Shown one piece after another: positions 10,190-19,363 of a stretch of 64,000 nucleotides of DNA. Under the pieces are notes generated by a model. That model made no database searches, was not told the origin of the DNA, and saw nothing but the letters and a program-made list of their open reading frames with translations. The DNA comes from Nitrospinaceae bacterium (GTDB lineage: Bacteria > Nitrospinota > Nitrospinia > Nitrospinales > Nitrospinaceae), in contig OZ245011.1 in the NCBI GenBank assembly GCA_965223665.1, positions 640,001 through 704,000 on the forward strand, given 5' to 3'. The position numbers and the translations under genes were made by a program. The first letter of the stretch is position 1. Each line of letters opens with the position of its first letter.

Positions 10190-10861
10190 TTACGATCCGC
10201 CATAATTTTCATCTATATCCCAATAAGGGACTTTTGAATTTTCTTCTAATGCTAAAGAAATATTTCCATCACTTTTTGCAAAGGCATTAATTTCTTGAGT
10301 TAACTGTTCAGTTGCTTTTATTTGTAATTTATTGGGAGATTTATTAACCTGCTTGGCTAAAGAATTGTAATGTTTTATTATTCCAGAGGCTTGGTCAATT
10401 GATCGGTTAATAGATTCAGGATTTAAAGCTCGGAACTGAATTGACCTCGCAAATTCAATATATTCTAACCATATATCAATTTCTTCTTTGGTTTTTCCTA
10501 GAATTAAATGTTCTTTTTTGAATTCATCCTTGTCTATAACTTCTAACCGTTCAGAAACATAACTGGCTAACTCATCAAAAGGAACTCCCTGGATGGTTTG
10601 ACAAAGATAATTAAAGTTCCAAATTAACATATTAATTTTTTGGTCTAATTGAAGAGCTTTAAGGGATTCTCCTCTTAATGTGGGTGACTTTTCAAACAAA
10701 GACCACAATCCCCCCACATCTCCAACTTCTTTTTTAGCTTTATCGAGTGGTAAAAGGTATTTTAGACAAGCTTTAGTTTCAGCATTAGGAAAAACATTTT
10801 GAGGAAAAAGAAAAATACATAAAAGAAAAGTTATAATTGTGCCTTTTAATATTTTATTAAT
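10190..10861 (-). CDS. Putative secreted hypothetical protein; probable ATT start at 10861 (ORF track starts at GTG 10717)
   Basis: Frame open upstream to TAA at 10874-10876; extension encodes a signal-peptide-like NKILKGTIITFLLCIFLFPQNVFP; TAAGGAGAG Shine-Dalgarno precedes ATT. Confidence 0.6.
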   Translation of the reverse strand: MNKILKGTIITFLLCIFLFPQNVFPNAETKACLKYLLPLDKAKKEVGDVGGLWSLFEKSPTLRGESLKALQLDQKINMLIWNFNYLCQTIQGVPFDELASYVSERLEVIDKDEFKKEHLILGKTKEEIDIWLEYIEFARSIQFRALNPESINRSIDQASGIIKHYNSLAKQVNKSPNKLQIKATEQLTQEINAFAKSDGNISLALEENSKVPYWDIDENYGGS

Positions 10862-10958
10862 AGAAAGCTCTCCTTACTTAGCAAATTATTATTGGGAAAC
10901 CACTTTATAATGGCTAATATTTGAAGTCAATGTCCATTTTGAAAGGAATTATTCGTAT

Positions 10959-11375
10959 TTATTTCAACTGAGTTTGACCTAATTTTAAAATTGTCTGAAA
11001 TTCTTTTTTGGTAATAGGCATAACCGATAGTCTTGATTGTTTTATCAGTGCGACATCTTTTAAAGTATCCGTTGATTTAATAATTTCCAATGTGACAGGT
11101 TGTTGCATTGCTTGGATCGGTTTTAAGTCAACCACCACCCAGGCTGGATCGTCTGTAGTAGGATCCTGATAAAATTCTTTTGTTACCTTGGCAATTCCTT
11201 TAATTTCTTTTTCATTGACACTATGGTAAAAGAAAACAAGATCCCCTTTTTTCATGGCTTTCAAATTATTTCTAGCTTGATAATTTCTTACCCCGTCCCA
11301 GTAAGTTTCTTTATCTTTTATAAAATCATTCCAGCTGTATTTAGATGGTTCTTGTTTTACTAACCAATAATTCAT
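10959..11375 (-). CDS. EVE domain protein
   Basis: YWLVKQEP, WDGVRNYQARN, FFYHS, SRLSVMP. Confidence 0.93.
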   Translation of the reverse strand: MNYWLVKQEPSKYSWNDFIKDKETYWDGVRNYQARNNLKAMKKGDLVFFYHSVNEKEIKGIAKVTKEFYQDPTTDDPAWVVVDLKPIQAMQQPVTLEIIKSTDTLKDVALIKQSRLSVMPITKKEFQTILKLGQTQLK

Positions 11376-11558
11376 CTTTTACTCCAAAATTTTTCAAAGT
11401 GGTATTTTATATAAATTAATTAGTAAAGTCTTTATCTTAATCATATAGATGGGGTCGGTCTGTAGTAAAAATTTCAATTTTTTAGATGGATTAAATATCA
11501 AAATTTTATTGGGATTGAGCTTGTGCCACCAAATGCGTTAACAAACATTGAATATAAG

Positions 11559-11586
11559 TTGTTAATGTTCCTAAAGTGTATATAAT
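11559..11586 (+). promoter_or_regulatory. Putative sigma70 promoter of DEAD-box helicase gene
   Basis: TTGTTA-16 nt-TATAAT. Confidence 0.45.
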
Positions 11587-11817
11587 GTATCTATAATTAG
11601 GTGGTTGTAGCCGTCAAGAGAATTACTGGTGTCAAACCAGGGAATACTTTCCATTTTTTGGTTGAGAAACGTCCGACCCGATTTAGTCAAGATTTCTCCC
11701 CCCATTTTTCTCAGAATTGCAATATTTCTTAACCTTACTAGAAATCAATCACATCTTGTCAACAGAAGCATTTTTTCATGATAACTATGAAATAGCTTCT
11801 TTTATTATGGAAAAATC

Positions 11818-13164
11818 ATGTTAACTCAATCTTCATCAAACTCTTCCAGGAGTGGATTTGACTCACTCAAACTTATTAGTCCCATTTGTAAAGCGGTTCG
11901 AGAAGAACACTATACACAGCCTACGCCTATTCAAATTAAAGCTATACCGCATTTGTTGGAAGGTCGTGACCTTTTAGGATGTGCTCAGACAGGTACAGGT
12001 AAAACTGCGGCCTTTGCACTACCAATTTTGCAACAATTGGTAAAACGGAATCAGATAACAGGGAAAAAGCAAGCGCGAACTTTAATCCTTACACCAACTC
12101 GGGAATTGGCTTTGCAGATTGATGAAAGTTTTAGAACCTATGGTCGATATTTAAATCTTAATCAAACAGTAATATATGGGGGCGTGAGGCCTAAAAAACA
12201 AATTCGAGAATTATTTAATGGAGTTGATATTCTTGTAGCCACCCCTGGTAGGTTGCTTGATTTAATAAACCAAAAACACCTTTATATAAATAAAGTTAAT
12301 ATGCTGGTATTTGATGAGGCCGACAGAATGTTAGATATGGGCTTTTTACCAGACATAAAAAAAATTACTAGCATGGTTCCGGCTAACAGACAAACCATTT
12401 TGTTTTCAGCAACCCTTCCGGATGAAATTCTTTCTTTAACACAAAAGTTCCTTGTTAATCCCGTTCAAGTATGTGTTTCGCCTCCATCAAGTACGGTAGA
12501 AAAAATCAAACAACGCGTATTATTTGTTAAGCGAGAGAACAAGAGCGCTTTATTGGAAACCTTATTAGAAAATGAAAATATTGAACGGGCTCTTGTATTC
12601 ACACGAACTAAACATGGGGCCAACCGTGTGGCGAAAAGATTAATTAAAAACCAAATTAGAACAGAGGCGTTTCACGGAGACAAATCACAATCGGCTCGTA
12701 TTCAAGCTTTGAAAAAATTTCGATCTGGACATGCAAGGGTTTTGGTAGCAACAGATGTGGCCTCACGAGGACTCGATGTCGATGGAATTACTCATGTAAT
12801 TAATTTTGAATTACCTGAGGAAGCAGAAAACTATATTCATCGAATTGGTCGAACGGCCAGGGCAGGGGCTGAGGGAATAGCACTTTCATTTTGCGATGCG
12901 GGGGAAAGAGGTTATTTGCGAAAAATTGAAAAAACTATTCAATGCGATGTTTCCGTTGAGGAGGATCACCCTTATCATTGTAGAATTATTGCTTCGAAGA
13001 GTAGTAAACCGAAGGTTGGAAATCGGATAAAAAAGAATTCCAAGAAAATAAGAACCAATGGCCAAGAAATGAACTCCCCAAGGCGTAAATCCTTAAAAAA
13101 TAGAACTTCAAAACCCTTCAAAATATTCAAGAAATTTAAGAAACATAAAGCTTTGGCCGGTTAA
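11818..13164 (+). CDS. rhlE: ATP-dependent DEAD-box RNA helicase, RhlE-like
   Basis: AQTGTGKT, PTRELA, DEAD, SAT, HRIGRTARAG; basic C-terminal tail. Confidence 0.88.
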   Translation: MLTQSSSNSSRSGFDSLKLISPICKAVREEHYTQPTPIQIKAIPHLLEGRDLLGCAQTGTGKTAAFALPILQQLVKRNQITGKKQARTLILTPTRELALQIDESFRTYGRYLNLNQTVIYGGVRPKKQIRELFNGVDILVATPGRLLDLINQKHLYINKVNMLVFDEADRMLDMGFLPDIKKITSMVPANRQTILFSATLPDEILSLTQKFLVNPVQVCVSPPSSTVEKIKQRVLFVKRENKSALLETLLENENIERALVFTRTKHGANRVAKRLIKNQIRTEAFHGDKSQSARIQALKKFRSGHARVLVATDVASRGLDVDGITHVINFELPEEAENYIHRIGRTARAGAEGIALSFCDAGERGYLRKIEKTIQCDVSVEEDHPYHCRIIASKSSKPKVGNRIKKNSKKIRTNGQEMNSPRRKSLKNRTSKPFKIFKKFKKHKALAG

Positions 13165-13248
13165 GGTCCCTAAAAGGTTAACGTTGCTAATTCATGGCTA
13201 AAATGGCTTTATAAATCCATTTTCCGGATAATATTTTTCAAATTCCCA

Positions 13249-13277
13249 TTGACTGTAACGTAATTGCTCAATATAAT
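13249..13277 (+). promoter_or_regulatory. Putative sigma70 promoter of the aldolase pair
   Basis: TTGACT-17 nt-TATAAT. Confidence 0.7.
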
Positions 13278-13353
13278 CTGCAAAATCAATAAAAATATAG
13301 GTTTATGCCAAACACCGCACATGCGGTGACAAAATTTAATATAAAGGTGAAGT

Positions 13354-14304
13354 ATGTTTCGTCCGGAGATAAAAGTATTAGATTGTACCATCCGCGATGG
13401 CGGGTTAATGAATAAGCACCAATTCACCCCAGAAGTAGTTAGAGGGGTATATAAGGCATGTAATGATGCTGGAGTCGATTATATTGAACTGGGATACAAA
13501 GCTGATGACTCACAGTTCAGTCGGGATGAATTTGGTCCAATGAAGTTTTGCTCGGAAGAGGATATCGGGGCTGTAATTAATGGAATTGAAAAGAAAAGTA
13601 AGCTTTCCGTAATGGTGGATATTGGCAGAGTGGATCCGAGTTCAATTGTTCCAAAAAGTGAAAGTCATGTCGATATGATGCGCGTAGCGTCTTATGTAAA
13701 AGATATTGATAAGGCAATTGATTTGGTAAATCAATTACATGCTAAAGGATATGAGACCACAATTAATATCATGGCGGTTTCTCATGCCAGGGAGCGGGAA
13801 CTCGACGAGGCACTTGAACAGGTTGAAAAGGAAAGCCAGGCCGACGTGATTTATCTGGTAGATAGTTTTGGAGCCTTATATTCCGAACAAATTGCTTATT
13901 TGGCTAAAAAATATAAACAAGCGATGCCAAGCAAAGAAATAGGGATTCACGCACATAATAATCAGCAGCTTGCTTTTGCTAATACAATAGAAAGCATAAT
14001 TAATAGAATTAATTATTTAGATGGAACTATCTATGGTATTGGCCGTGCAGCTGGAAATTGTCCCTTAGAGTTGCTTTTAGGATTTTTGAAAAATCCAAAG
14101 TATGACCTTCGTCCAATTTTAGATATTATCGGCAAAGAATTTTTAAAAATTCGAGACCAAATTGAATGGGGATATTATATTCCTTATATGATCACCGGAG
14201 TTTTAGATTTACATCCGCGTGCAGGTATGGCGCTATTAAACTCTGAAGATCGAGACGGCTTTCTTGATTTTTATGAAAAATTAACTAACGAAGCTAACGT
14301 CTAA
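13354..14304 (+). CDS. DRE-TIM (HMGL-like) metallo-aldolase, 4-hydroxy-2-oxovalerate aldolase-like catalytic domain
   Basis: DCTIRDGG, GIHAHNN, GRAAGNCPLE. Confidence 0.82.
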   Translation: MFRPEIKVLDCTIRDGGLMNKHQFTPEVVRGVYKACNDAGVDYIELGYKADDSQFSRDEFGPMKFCSEEDIGAVINGIEKKSKLSVMVDIGRVDPSSIVPKSESHVDMMRVASYVKDIDKAIDLVNQLHAKGYETTINIMAVSHARERELDEALEQVEKESQADVIYLVDSFGALYSEQIAYLAKKYKQAMPSKEIGIHAHNNQQLAFANTIESIINRINYLDGTIYGIGRAAGNCPLELLLGFLKNPKYDLRPILDIIGKEFLKIRDQIEWGYYIPYMITGVLDLHPRAGMALLNSEDRDGFLDFYEKLTNEANV

Positions 14305-14305
14305 A

Positions 14306-14968
14306 TTGGAACTGCCATTCTCTAATTTTGATTCTACTCAATTTGAAAAATTACCCGTACTGGGAATTATTCGAGGAATTAAAAGGGATGCTTTAAAAGG
14401 AGTCCTAAACTCTGCCCTAGAGTCAGGGTTAAAGCATTTAGAAATTACCTTAAATACCCGGAATTCGTTCGAATTAATTTCGGAAGCGGTTAATTTGTTT
14501 GACGACACCCTTTGCGTAGGGGCGGGTACAGTAATTACTAAGAAAGAAGCGGAGTTAGCTGTTTCAGCGGGAGCAAAATTTTTAGTAAGTCCTACTTTAA
14601 ATAATGAGGTTGCTTCTTACTGTAAACAAAATAATATTTCTTATTTTCCCGGTGCCTTAACACCTACAGAGATTGAAGCAGCCTGGAATTCAGGGGCTCA
14701 AATGGTCAAAGTGTTTCCTGCAACTGCAATGGGTCCAAAATATTTTAAAGAAATTAAAGGACCGTTTTCCAACATCAAATTAATGGCTGTAGGGGGGGTA
14801 AAAAAGGAAAATATTGCAGATTATTTTAAATCTGGAGCATCGGCTGTTGCAGTAGGAGGTTCTATTTTTAGTGTAGAACGAATGAATAATGAAGGATTTT
14901 CTTCCATAAAAGAAGATTTAAGTGAAATTTTATTTGCAGTTAAAGATTTTTTGAATACAATTAGGTGA
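14306..14968 (+). CDS. eda: KDPG/KHG aldolase
   Basis: EITLNT, VGAGTV, PGALTPTE, VKVFPA, AVGGV. Confidence 0.9.
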   Translation: MELPFSNFDSTQFEKLPVLGIIRGIKRDALKGVLNSALESGLKHLEITLNTRNSFELISEAVNLFDDTLCVGAGTVITKKEAELAVSAGAKFLVSPTLNNEVASYCKQNNISYFPGALTPTEIEAAWNSGAQMVKVFPATAMGPKYFKEIKGPFSNIKLMAVGGVKKENIADYFKSGASAVAVGGSIFSVERMNNEGFSSIKEDLSEILFAVKDFLNTIR

Positions 14969-14998
14969 AATTTGTTTCTAAGTTTATCTGGGGGGAAC

Positions 14999-15265
14999 AT
15001 GAGTTCTGATTTTTTGAAAAATTTTATGAATTTTGGTGATGAAGAAAGATTTGCGCGAATTTGTGAAGGATTAGAAGAAATAATCCGTGAAGCAGAAGGA
15101 AATTCTGAAGAGAAAAAAGTATCTGATTTAGAAATTATGCAAGCACTGGATTTTGTGGGTTTTAATCTTTTTCGAGATTCTTGGGAAGATTATAAAAAAA
15201 TGGATTTCAATAAAGATTTGAGCTCATTAAATCAAAATAATAAAGAACGTCATTTAATTCATTAA
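14999..15265 (+). CDS. Small acidic hypothetical protein
   Basis: ATG 14999 preceded by GGGGGA; same frame as ORF 14972..15265. Confidence 0.6.
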   Translation: MSSDFLKNFMNFGDEERFARICEGLEEIIREAEGNSEEKKVSDLEIMQALDFVGFNLFRDSWEDYKKMDFNKDLSSLNQNNKERHLIH

Positions 15266-15281
15266 TACCTCTCCTGAAAAA

Positions 15282-16850
15282 TTAAACCTCATTATTTGCA
15301 ATTTTGTCAAACTCCTCAATACGTTCCATTAGATGGTGCATCTTTTTATCAATGGTCGTAATGTGCTTTCCAATCTTTTCGATTTCTTTTTTTTCCTTAG
15401 TTAAATAAACCGTTTTACACTTTGCTAAATGAGTATTGATATGTTCAATCATGTCATGAATTTCGTGGCTTTCAATTGAAAGGTCATCAGCAGTTTCTTT
15501 TATATTTATAATTGTGTCCACCGCTTTTTCTTCAGTTAATTTTTCTTTTACTAATTTGGAACGCGCGATTTTTCTACGATACAATTCCAAAGAAATCCCT
15601 GAGAAAATAAGAAAAATTAAACCAAATGTAGCAACATCAACTAACAAATAGACATAATCACCAAAAAAACGGCCCGTATGAATTTCTGTCATTAGTTTAA
15701 CTAAATCCATAGTTTTATGAACACCGGCCTTTTCTTCAATGCTTGAAGCCAGCGATGTCTTTAACCATTTCTTCCCCTTATTCATGGAGTAAACTAAATC
15801 ACTAGAAGTCCCCAAAAATAGAAAAAGAAAATCTTTGGTGGAATCTTGAAAAGTATAGATATGATTCAATGTTTGATAATTAGAGGACTCTTTAAATAGG
15901 TTTTGCCAGCTGTCTCCTCCATTTTTTGTGAAATACAATTTATCTTTAGTAATAGCAAATAGAGACGATGGATTTTGTGGATCTGAAACAATTTTGTAAA
16001 CTGGGATATTTTTTATTGTCGCGTCTTGTTCCCAGGTAATACCACGATTGAAAGATTTATAAATACCCCTTTGGGTCGCTAAGTAAATAAATTCTGGGTC
16101 TGTATCTAATGAAAGTAGAGAATTTGGAACGGGAACAACTTTATCCCATTTTTTTTTCCAATCACCCTCATTTAAGTTTTTCTTATATACTCCATTAACA
16201 TTACCTGCAAAAATAGATTCGCCTTTAGAAGAAATTTGAATAAATTTGATTTCAGTTTCATCCTCAAGTTTTTTTTCAATAGGAGAGGGGTCCCACATCT
16301 CCCCGCCATCTTCTGAAACAAATACACCTCCTTTTGTACCGGCATAAATGATTTCAGGATCATTGGGATGAATAATTATGTCTACAATATCAATATTGCT
16401 TAATCCAGCTGATTCTTCAAACCAATCAGTCCAATGTATTCCTCCGTCTTCCGAAAGATAAATTCCTTTAGAAGTGCCTGCATAAATAACAGAAGGATTG
16501 TTAGGTGAAATCGCAATGGTTTGGATATTATTGTTTTTCAATCCATCGTGAAGTTGAATCCAGGTTCTACCTAAATCCTTTGAATGAAATAATCCTGAAT
16601 TAGTTCCTACATATATTTGCAAAGGATTGACATGGGATACAGCAATGCTTTGAACATTTAAATCATTCCTTGTCATCTTAAAATATTTTTCAGGAAGATA
16701 TTCAGCGGTCACATCGATCTTCTCCAACTCTAAAGAATCCCGATGCATTAGTAGAATTCCACTAATAGAAAGGATGAGGAAAAAAATAGCGCAGACAAAC
16801 CCTACCCATTTATGAAATATTCTAGAAGATTTGAAAAATCGAATATTCAA
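15282..16850 (-). CDS. PepSY-associated TM protein with BNR/Asp-box beta-propeller and His/Cys-rich C-terminal tail
   Basis: FHKWVG...SGILLMH TM1; six SxDxGxxW-like repeats; EIHTGRFFG before TM2. Confidence 0.8.
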   Translation of the reverse strand: MNIRFFKSSRIFHKWVGFVCAIFFLILSISGILLMHRDSLELEKIDVTAEYLPEKYFKMTRNDLNVQSIAVSHVNPLQIYVGTNSGLFHSKDLGRTWIQLHDGLKNNNIQTIAISPNNPSVIYAGTSKGIYLSEDGGIHWTDWFEESAGLSNIDIVDIIIHPNDPEIIYAGTKGGVFVSEDGGEMWDPSPIEKKLEDETEIKFIQISSKGESIFAGNVNGVYKKNLNEGDWKKKWDKVVPVPNSLLSLDTDPEFIYLATQRGIYKSFNRGITWEQDATIKNIPVYKIVSDPQNPSSLFAITKDKLYFTKNGGDSWQNLFKESSNYQTLNHIYTFQDSTKDFLFLFLGTSSDLVYSMNKGKKWLKTSLASSIEEKAGVHKTMDLVKLMTEIHTGRFFGDYVYLLVDVATFGLIFLIFSGISLELYRRKIARSKLVKEKLTEEKAVDTIINIKETADDLSIESHEIHDMIEHINTHLAKCKTVYLTKEKKEIEKIGKHITTIDKKMHHLMERIEEFDKIANNEV

Positions 16851-19045
16851 TGCAATTCCTTTTCTTGAGTAGCAATAGGCTGCGAAATTCGATCGTAATC
16901 GTCTTTAAGCTGGTTCTCGAAATATTTCACCTGATCAAATAATTCATGAACTTTCTCATCAATTTCTTTTAAATGCTCTGAAAGTTCCTTTAAGTCGTGA
17001 TCCTGAGTATCCTTTAAAAAGATTTCACAACGTTTCGCATGATGGGAAATATGCTCTACTAAATCATGAACAACCGTAATATTCTTTTGAATTTGATTGG
17101 CTTCAACTTTTAAATCCTGGGTTGCTTTTTCCATTTTAATTCCAAAGGTATAAATTAAAGCTCCAGCATATGCTATTAAAAGTACCATTTGCCCAATAAA
17201 AGTTTCCCAAGTTGGATACATTCCCAGCCATGGAATCTCAGGTGCGAAATTGGCTACGGTCATGGAAATCTGGTTCCCCATCTGTAATTCATGAAGACCT
17301 TTTCCCATAAACACAAAAGCAAGAAAATATAGAAAAACACTGGTAAAAGCGAAAAACCATTTCACAGGTATTCGCAAGCCAATTTTATTTATTAAAAAAT
17401 ATACAACTGCGAGGAGAAGACAACCTGCGAAAAAACCAGGAACAATACCCCCAGATTGTTCCCCAGCATATAAATAAAGGGCTTTATAAAAGAGTATAGT
17501 TTCGAAGCCTTCTCGATACACAGATAAAAAAGCAACTGTTCCAAGGGTAAATGCACTACCAGTTGAAACGGCTTGTTGCATTTTCCCTGTTATATAACTT
17601 TGCCAACGAGCGGTTTCAATTTTTGAAACTAACCAATAGCTCACGTAAAACAAAACCACCATAGCTATTAACATGATCCAGCCTTCCATAAGTTCCTGGC
17701 TAGCTGTACTGATTTTTAATATTTCCTTGAGAATATATGCGGTTATGAAACTTCCAATTATTCCAATGCCCACTCCCATATATACAGATTTGAGCTTATC
17801 TCTATTTTTTGATTTAATTAAAAATGTAATTAAAGCCGCCACAATAAGGATAGCCTCAAAGCCTTCTCTCACAATTATTGATAAAGACTGAATAAAAAGT
17901 CCGAAGAATCCAATCTTTTGAGTTAAAATCTTTTGAGCTTCATCCAAATCAGTTTGTATATCACCAACTATTTTTTGAACCAAGTCAATTGAGGCATTCC
18001 TCTTCATTTCTGCTTGAAGACGACCGAATAACGATTCTAATCTCAGTCCTAGCTCTTTACGCTTTGTTAATAGAGGTGATTCAAGTTTTTCGTATGTCAA
18101 ATATGCATCAAAGGATTTTTCTGATGCTGCCTTATTATCTCCACTCTTAAATGTTTCTAAGCTATCTGCTAGAAGTGTATTTACTTCCTTGAAAATTGAA
18201 TTGACTTTATCTCTTCCGGAGGCACTTTCGATTTTATTTTCGGGATTGGAAACAATTAAAGGAATCTCAACGTTGGAATTAGAAAAGGTTCGTATAAAAT
18301 ACGTTAAATCCCAAATTTCATTTTCTTTGAATTGGTCTCCCCAGCCCACCATGGCTGTTCCGGCTATGCCTACATTAATAATTTGGAAGTTATCATAGGG
18401 TTTTGAAAGTTTATTACCTGTAATATTGGGATCAGCTAAAACTGCTGGTTTGGGATCTAATTGTTCTGCGATTGGCCCGTCTCCCTGCCCGGATACTCCA
18501 TGGCAGATTTTGCAATTATTCATGTACAAATTTCTGCCATTTTCTAACGAAACCGGCTCGGTGGGAGTTTTACTCAATTCCACGCCAAATGCTTTAAGAA
18601 TATCTGTATTTAAGCTGTTAACTTTTTGATTGATTTCTAAAGGGTCTGCTTTAGCTAAAATGGTTTTCTTTAAGCTTTGAAATTTTGCTTCAAATTTTTC
18701 TGTTAAGTCTTTAGCAATATTTTGGGAGATTGAATGGAAACGATCATTAGCTTGACTAAGAAAAACCTGGCTTTCTTCATACTCGGCCGCATTGATTACT
18801 TTTCCATTTGAAATTCCTTCCGCGTACTCTTTATTAACAATATTCATCATCATTACTATTTTTTTGACTTGAGAATTTGTTTTATTTAAAGGTGTTTGGG
18901 CAATGGAAGGTGAAGAAAAAGTTAAGCCTGTTATCCCCATTAAAGATAAAAATATTAGGATTATTCTATAACTTCTTAAAAAAGTGGCCAGGCAGGGCCT
19001 AAAACTAACCTTATTTATTTGCACCAAAAATCTCCCGAAAAGCAA
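16847..19045 (-). CDS. Cytochrome c-FTR1 family iron permease fusion (PbrT/EfeU-like); exact start uncertain
   Basis: CKICH heme motif; two REGFE motifs; GKGLHELQ; GMYPTWET. Confidence 0.9.
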   Translation of the reverse strand: MLFGRFLVQINKVSFRPCLATFLRSYRIILIFLSLMGITGLTFSSPSIAQTPLNKTNSQVKKIVMMMNIVNKEYAEGISNGKVINAAEYEESQVFLSQANDRFHSISQNIAKDLTEKFEAKFQSLKKTILAKADPLEINQKVNSLNTDILKAFGVELSKTPTEPVSLENGRNLYMNNCKICHGVSGQGDGPIAEQLDPKPAVLADPNITGNKLSKPYDNFQIINVGIAGTAMVGWGDQFKENEIWDLTYFIRTFSNSNVEIPLIVSNPENKIESASGRDKVNSIFKEVNTLLADSLETFKSGDNKAASEKSFDAYLTYEKLESPLLTKRKELGLRLESLFGRLQAEMKRNASIDLVQKIVGDIQTDLDEAQKILTQKIGFFGLFIQSLSIIVREGFEAILIVAALITFLIKSKNRDKLKSVYMGVGIGIIGSFITAYILKEILKISTASQELMEGWIMLIAMVVLFYVSYWLVSKIETARWQSYITGKMQQAVSTGSAFTLGTVAFLSVYREGFETILFYKALYLYAGEQSGGIVPGFFAGCLLLAVVYFLINKIGLRIPVKWFFAFTSVFLYFLAFVFMGKGLHELQMGNQISMTVANFAPEIPWLGMYPTWETFIGQMVLLIAYAGALIYTFGIKMEKATQDLKVEANQIQKNITVVHDLVEHISHHAKRCEIFLKDTQDHDLKELSEHLKEIDEKVHELFDQVKYFENQLKDDYDRISQPIATQEKELH

Positions 19046-19061
19046 TAAACAGACATGTATT

Positions 19062-19080
19062 AATAATGAGAATTGTTATC
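19062..19080. promoter_or_regulatory. Fur box-like operator
   Basis: AATAATGAGAATTGTTATC, 15/19 match to GATAATGATAATCATTATC, abutting the -10 of the FTR1 promoter. Confidence 0.75.
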
Positions 19081-19109
19081 AATATATTCTCAACCATATT
19101 AATTGTCAA
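19081..19109 (-). promoter_or_regulatory. Putative sigma70 promoter of the FTR1-PepSY operon
   Basis: Minus strand TTGACA-17 nt-TATATT. Confidence 0.75.
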
Positions 19110-19363
19110 TAAGTAAGAGTTTATCCTATACAATCATAGATACTATTTGAGACAACTTATTCAATTTTTTGGCTTTTCGTTATTTTTCCATTAAAAATTA
19201 TCTTAATAACCTGGAATTTATCTTGAAACCTTATTATTTTAATTTCTTAATAATTTCGATTTGTAATAAACTCATTTATTATTAAAGAATTAAATTAATA
19301 GGTTTAGCTAAGTAATTTATTAAATTTAAATACCTAAATAATTGATACTAAAAAGATAAAATT

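Noticed and set aside
11600-11680. tRNA-like start GGTGGTTGTAGC
   Set aside because: No T-loop GTTCRA and no acceptor-stem complement
11601-11732. 43-codon GTG uORF in the helicase leader
   Set aside because: No clear Shine-Dalgarno or informative codon bias; expected by chance
19110-19363. Extremely AT-rich intergenic stretch as an origin or repeat array
   Set aside because: No DnaA-box cluster or regular repeats seen; consistent with a divergent promoter region
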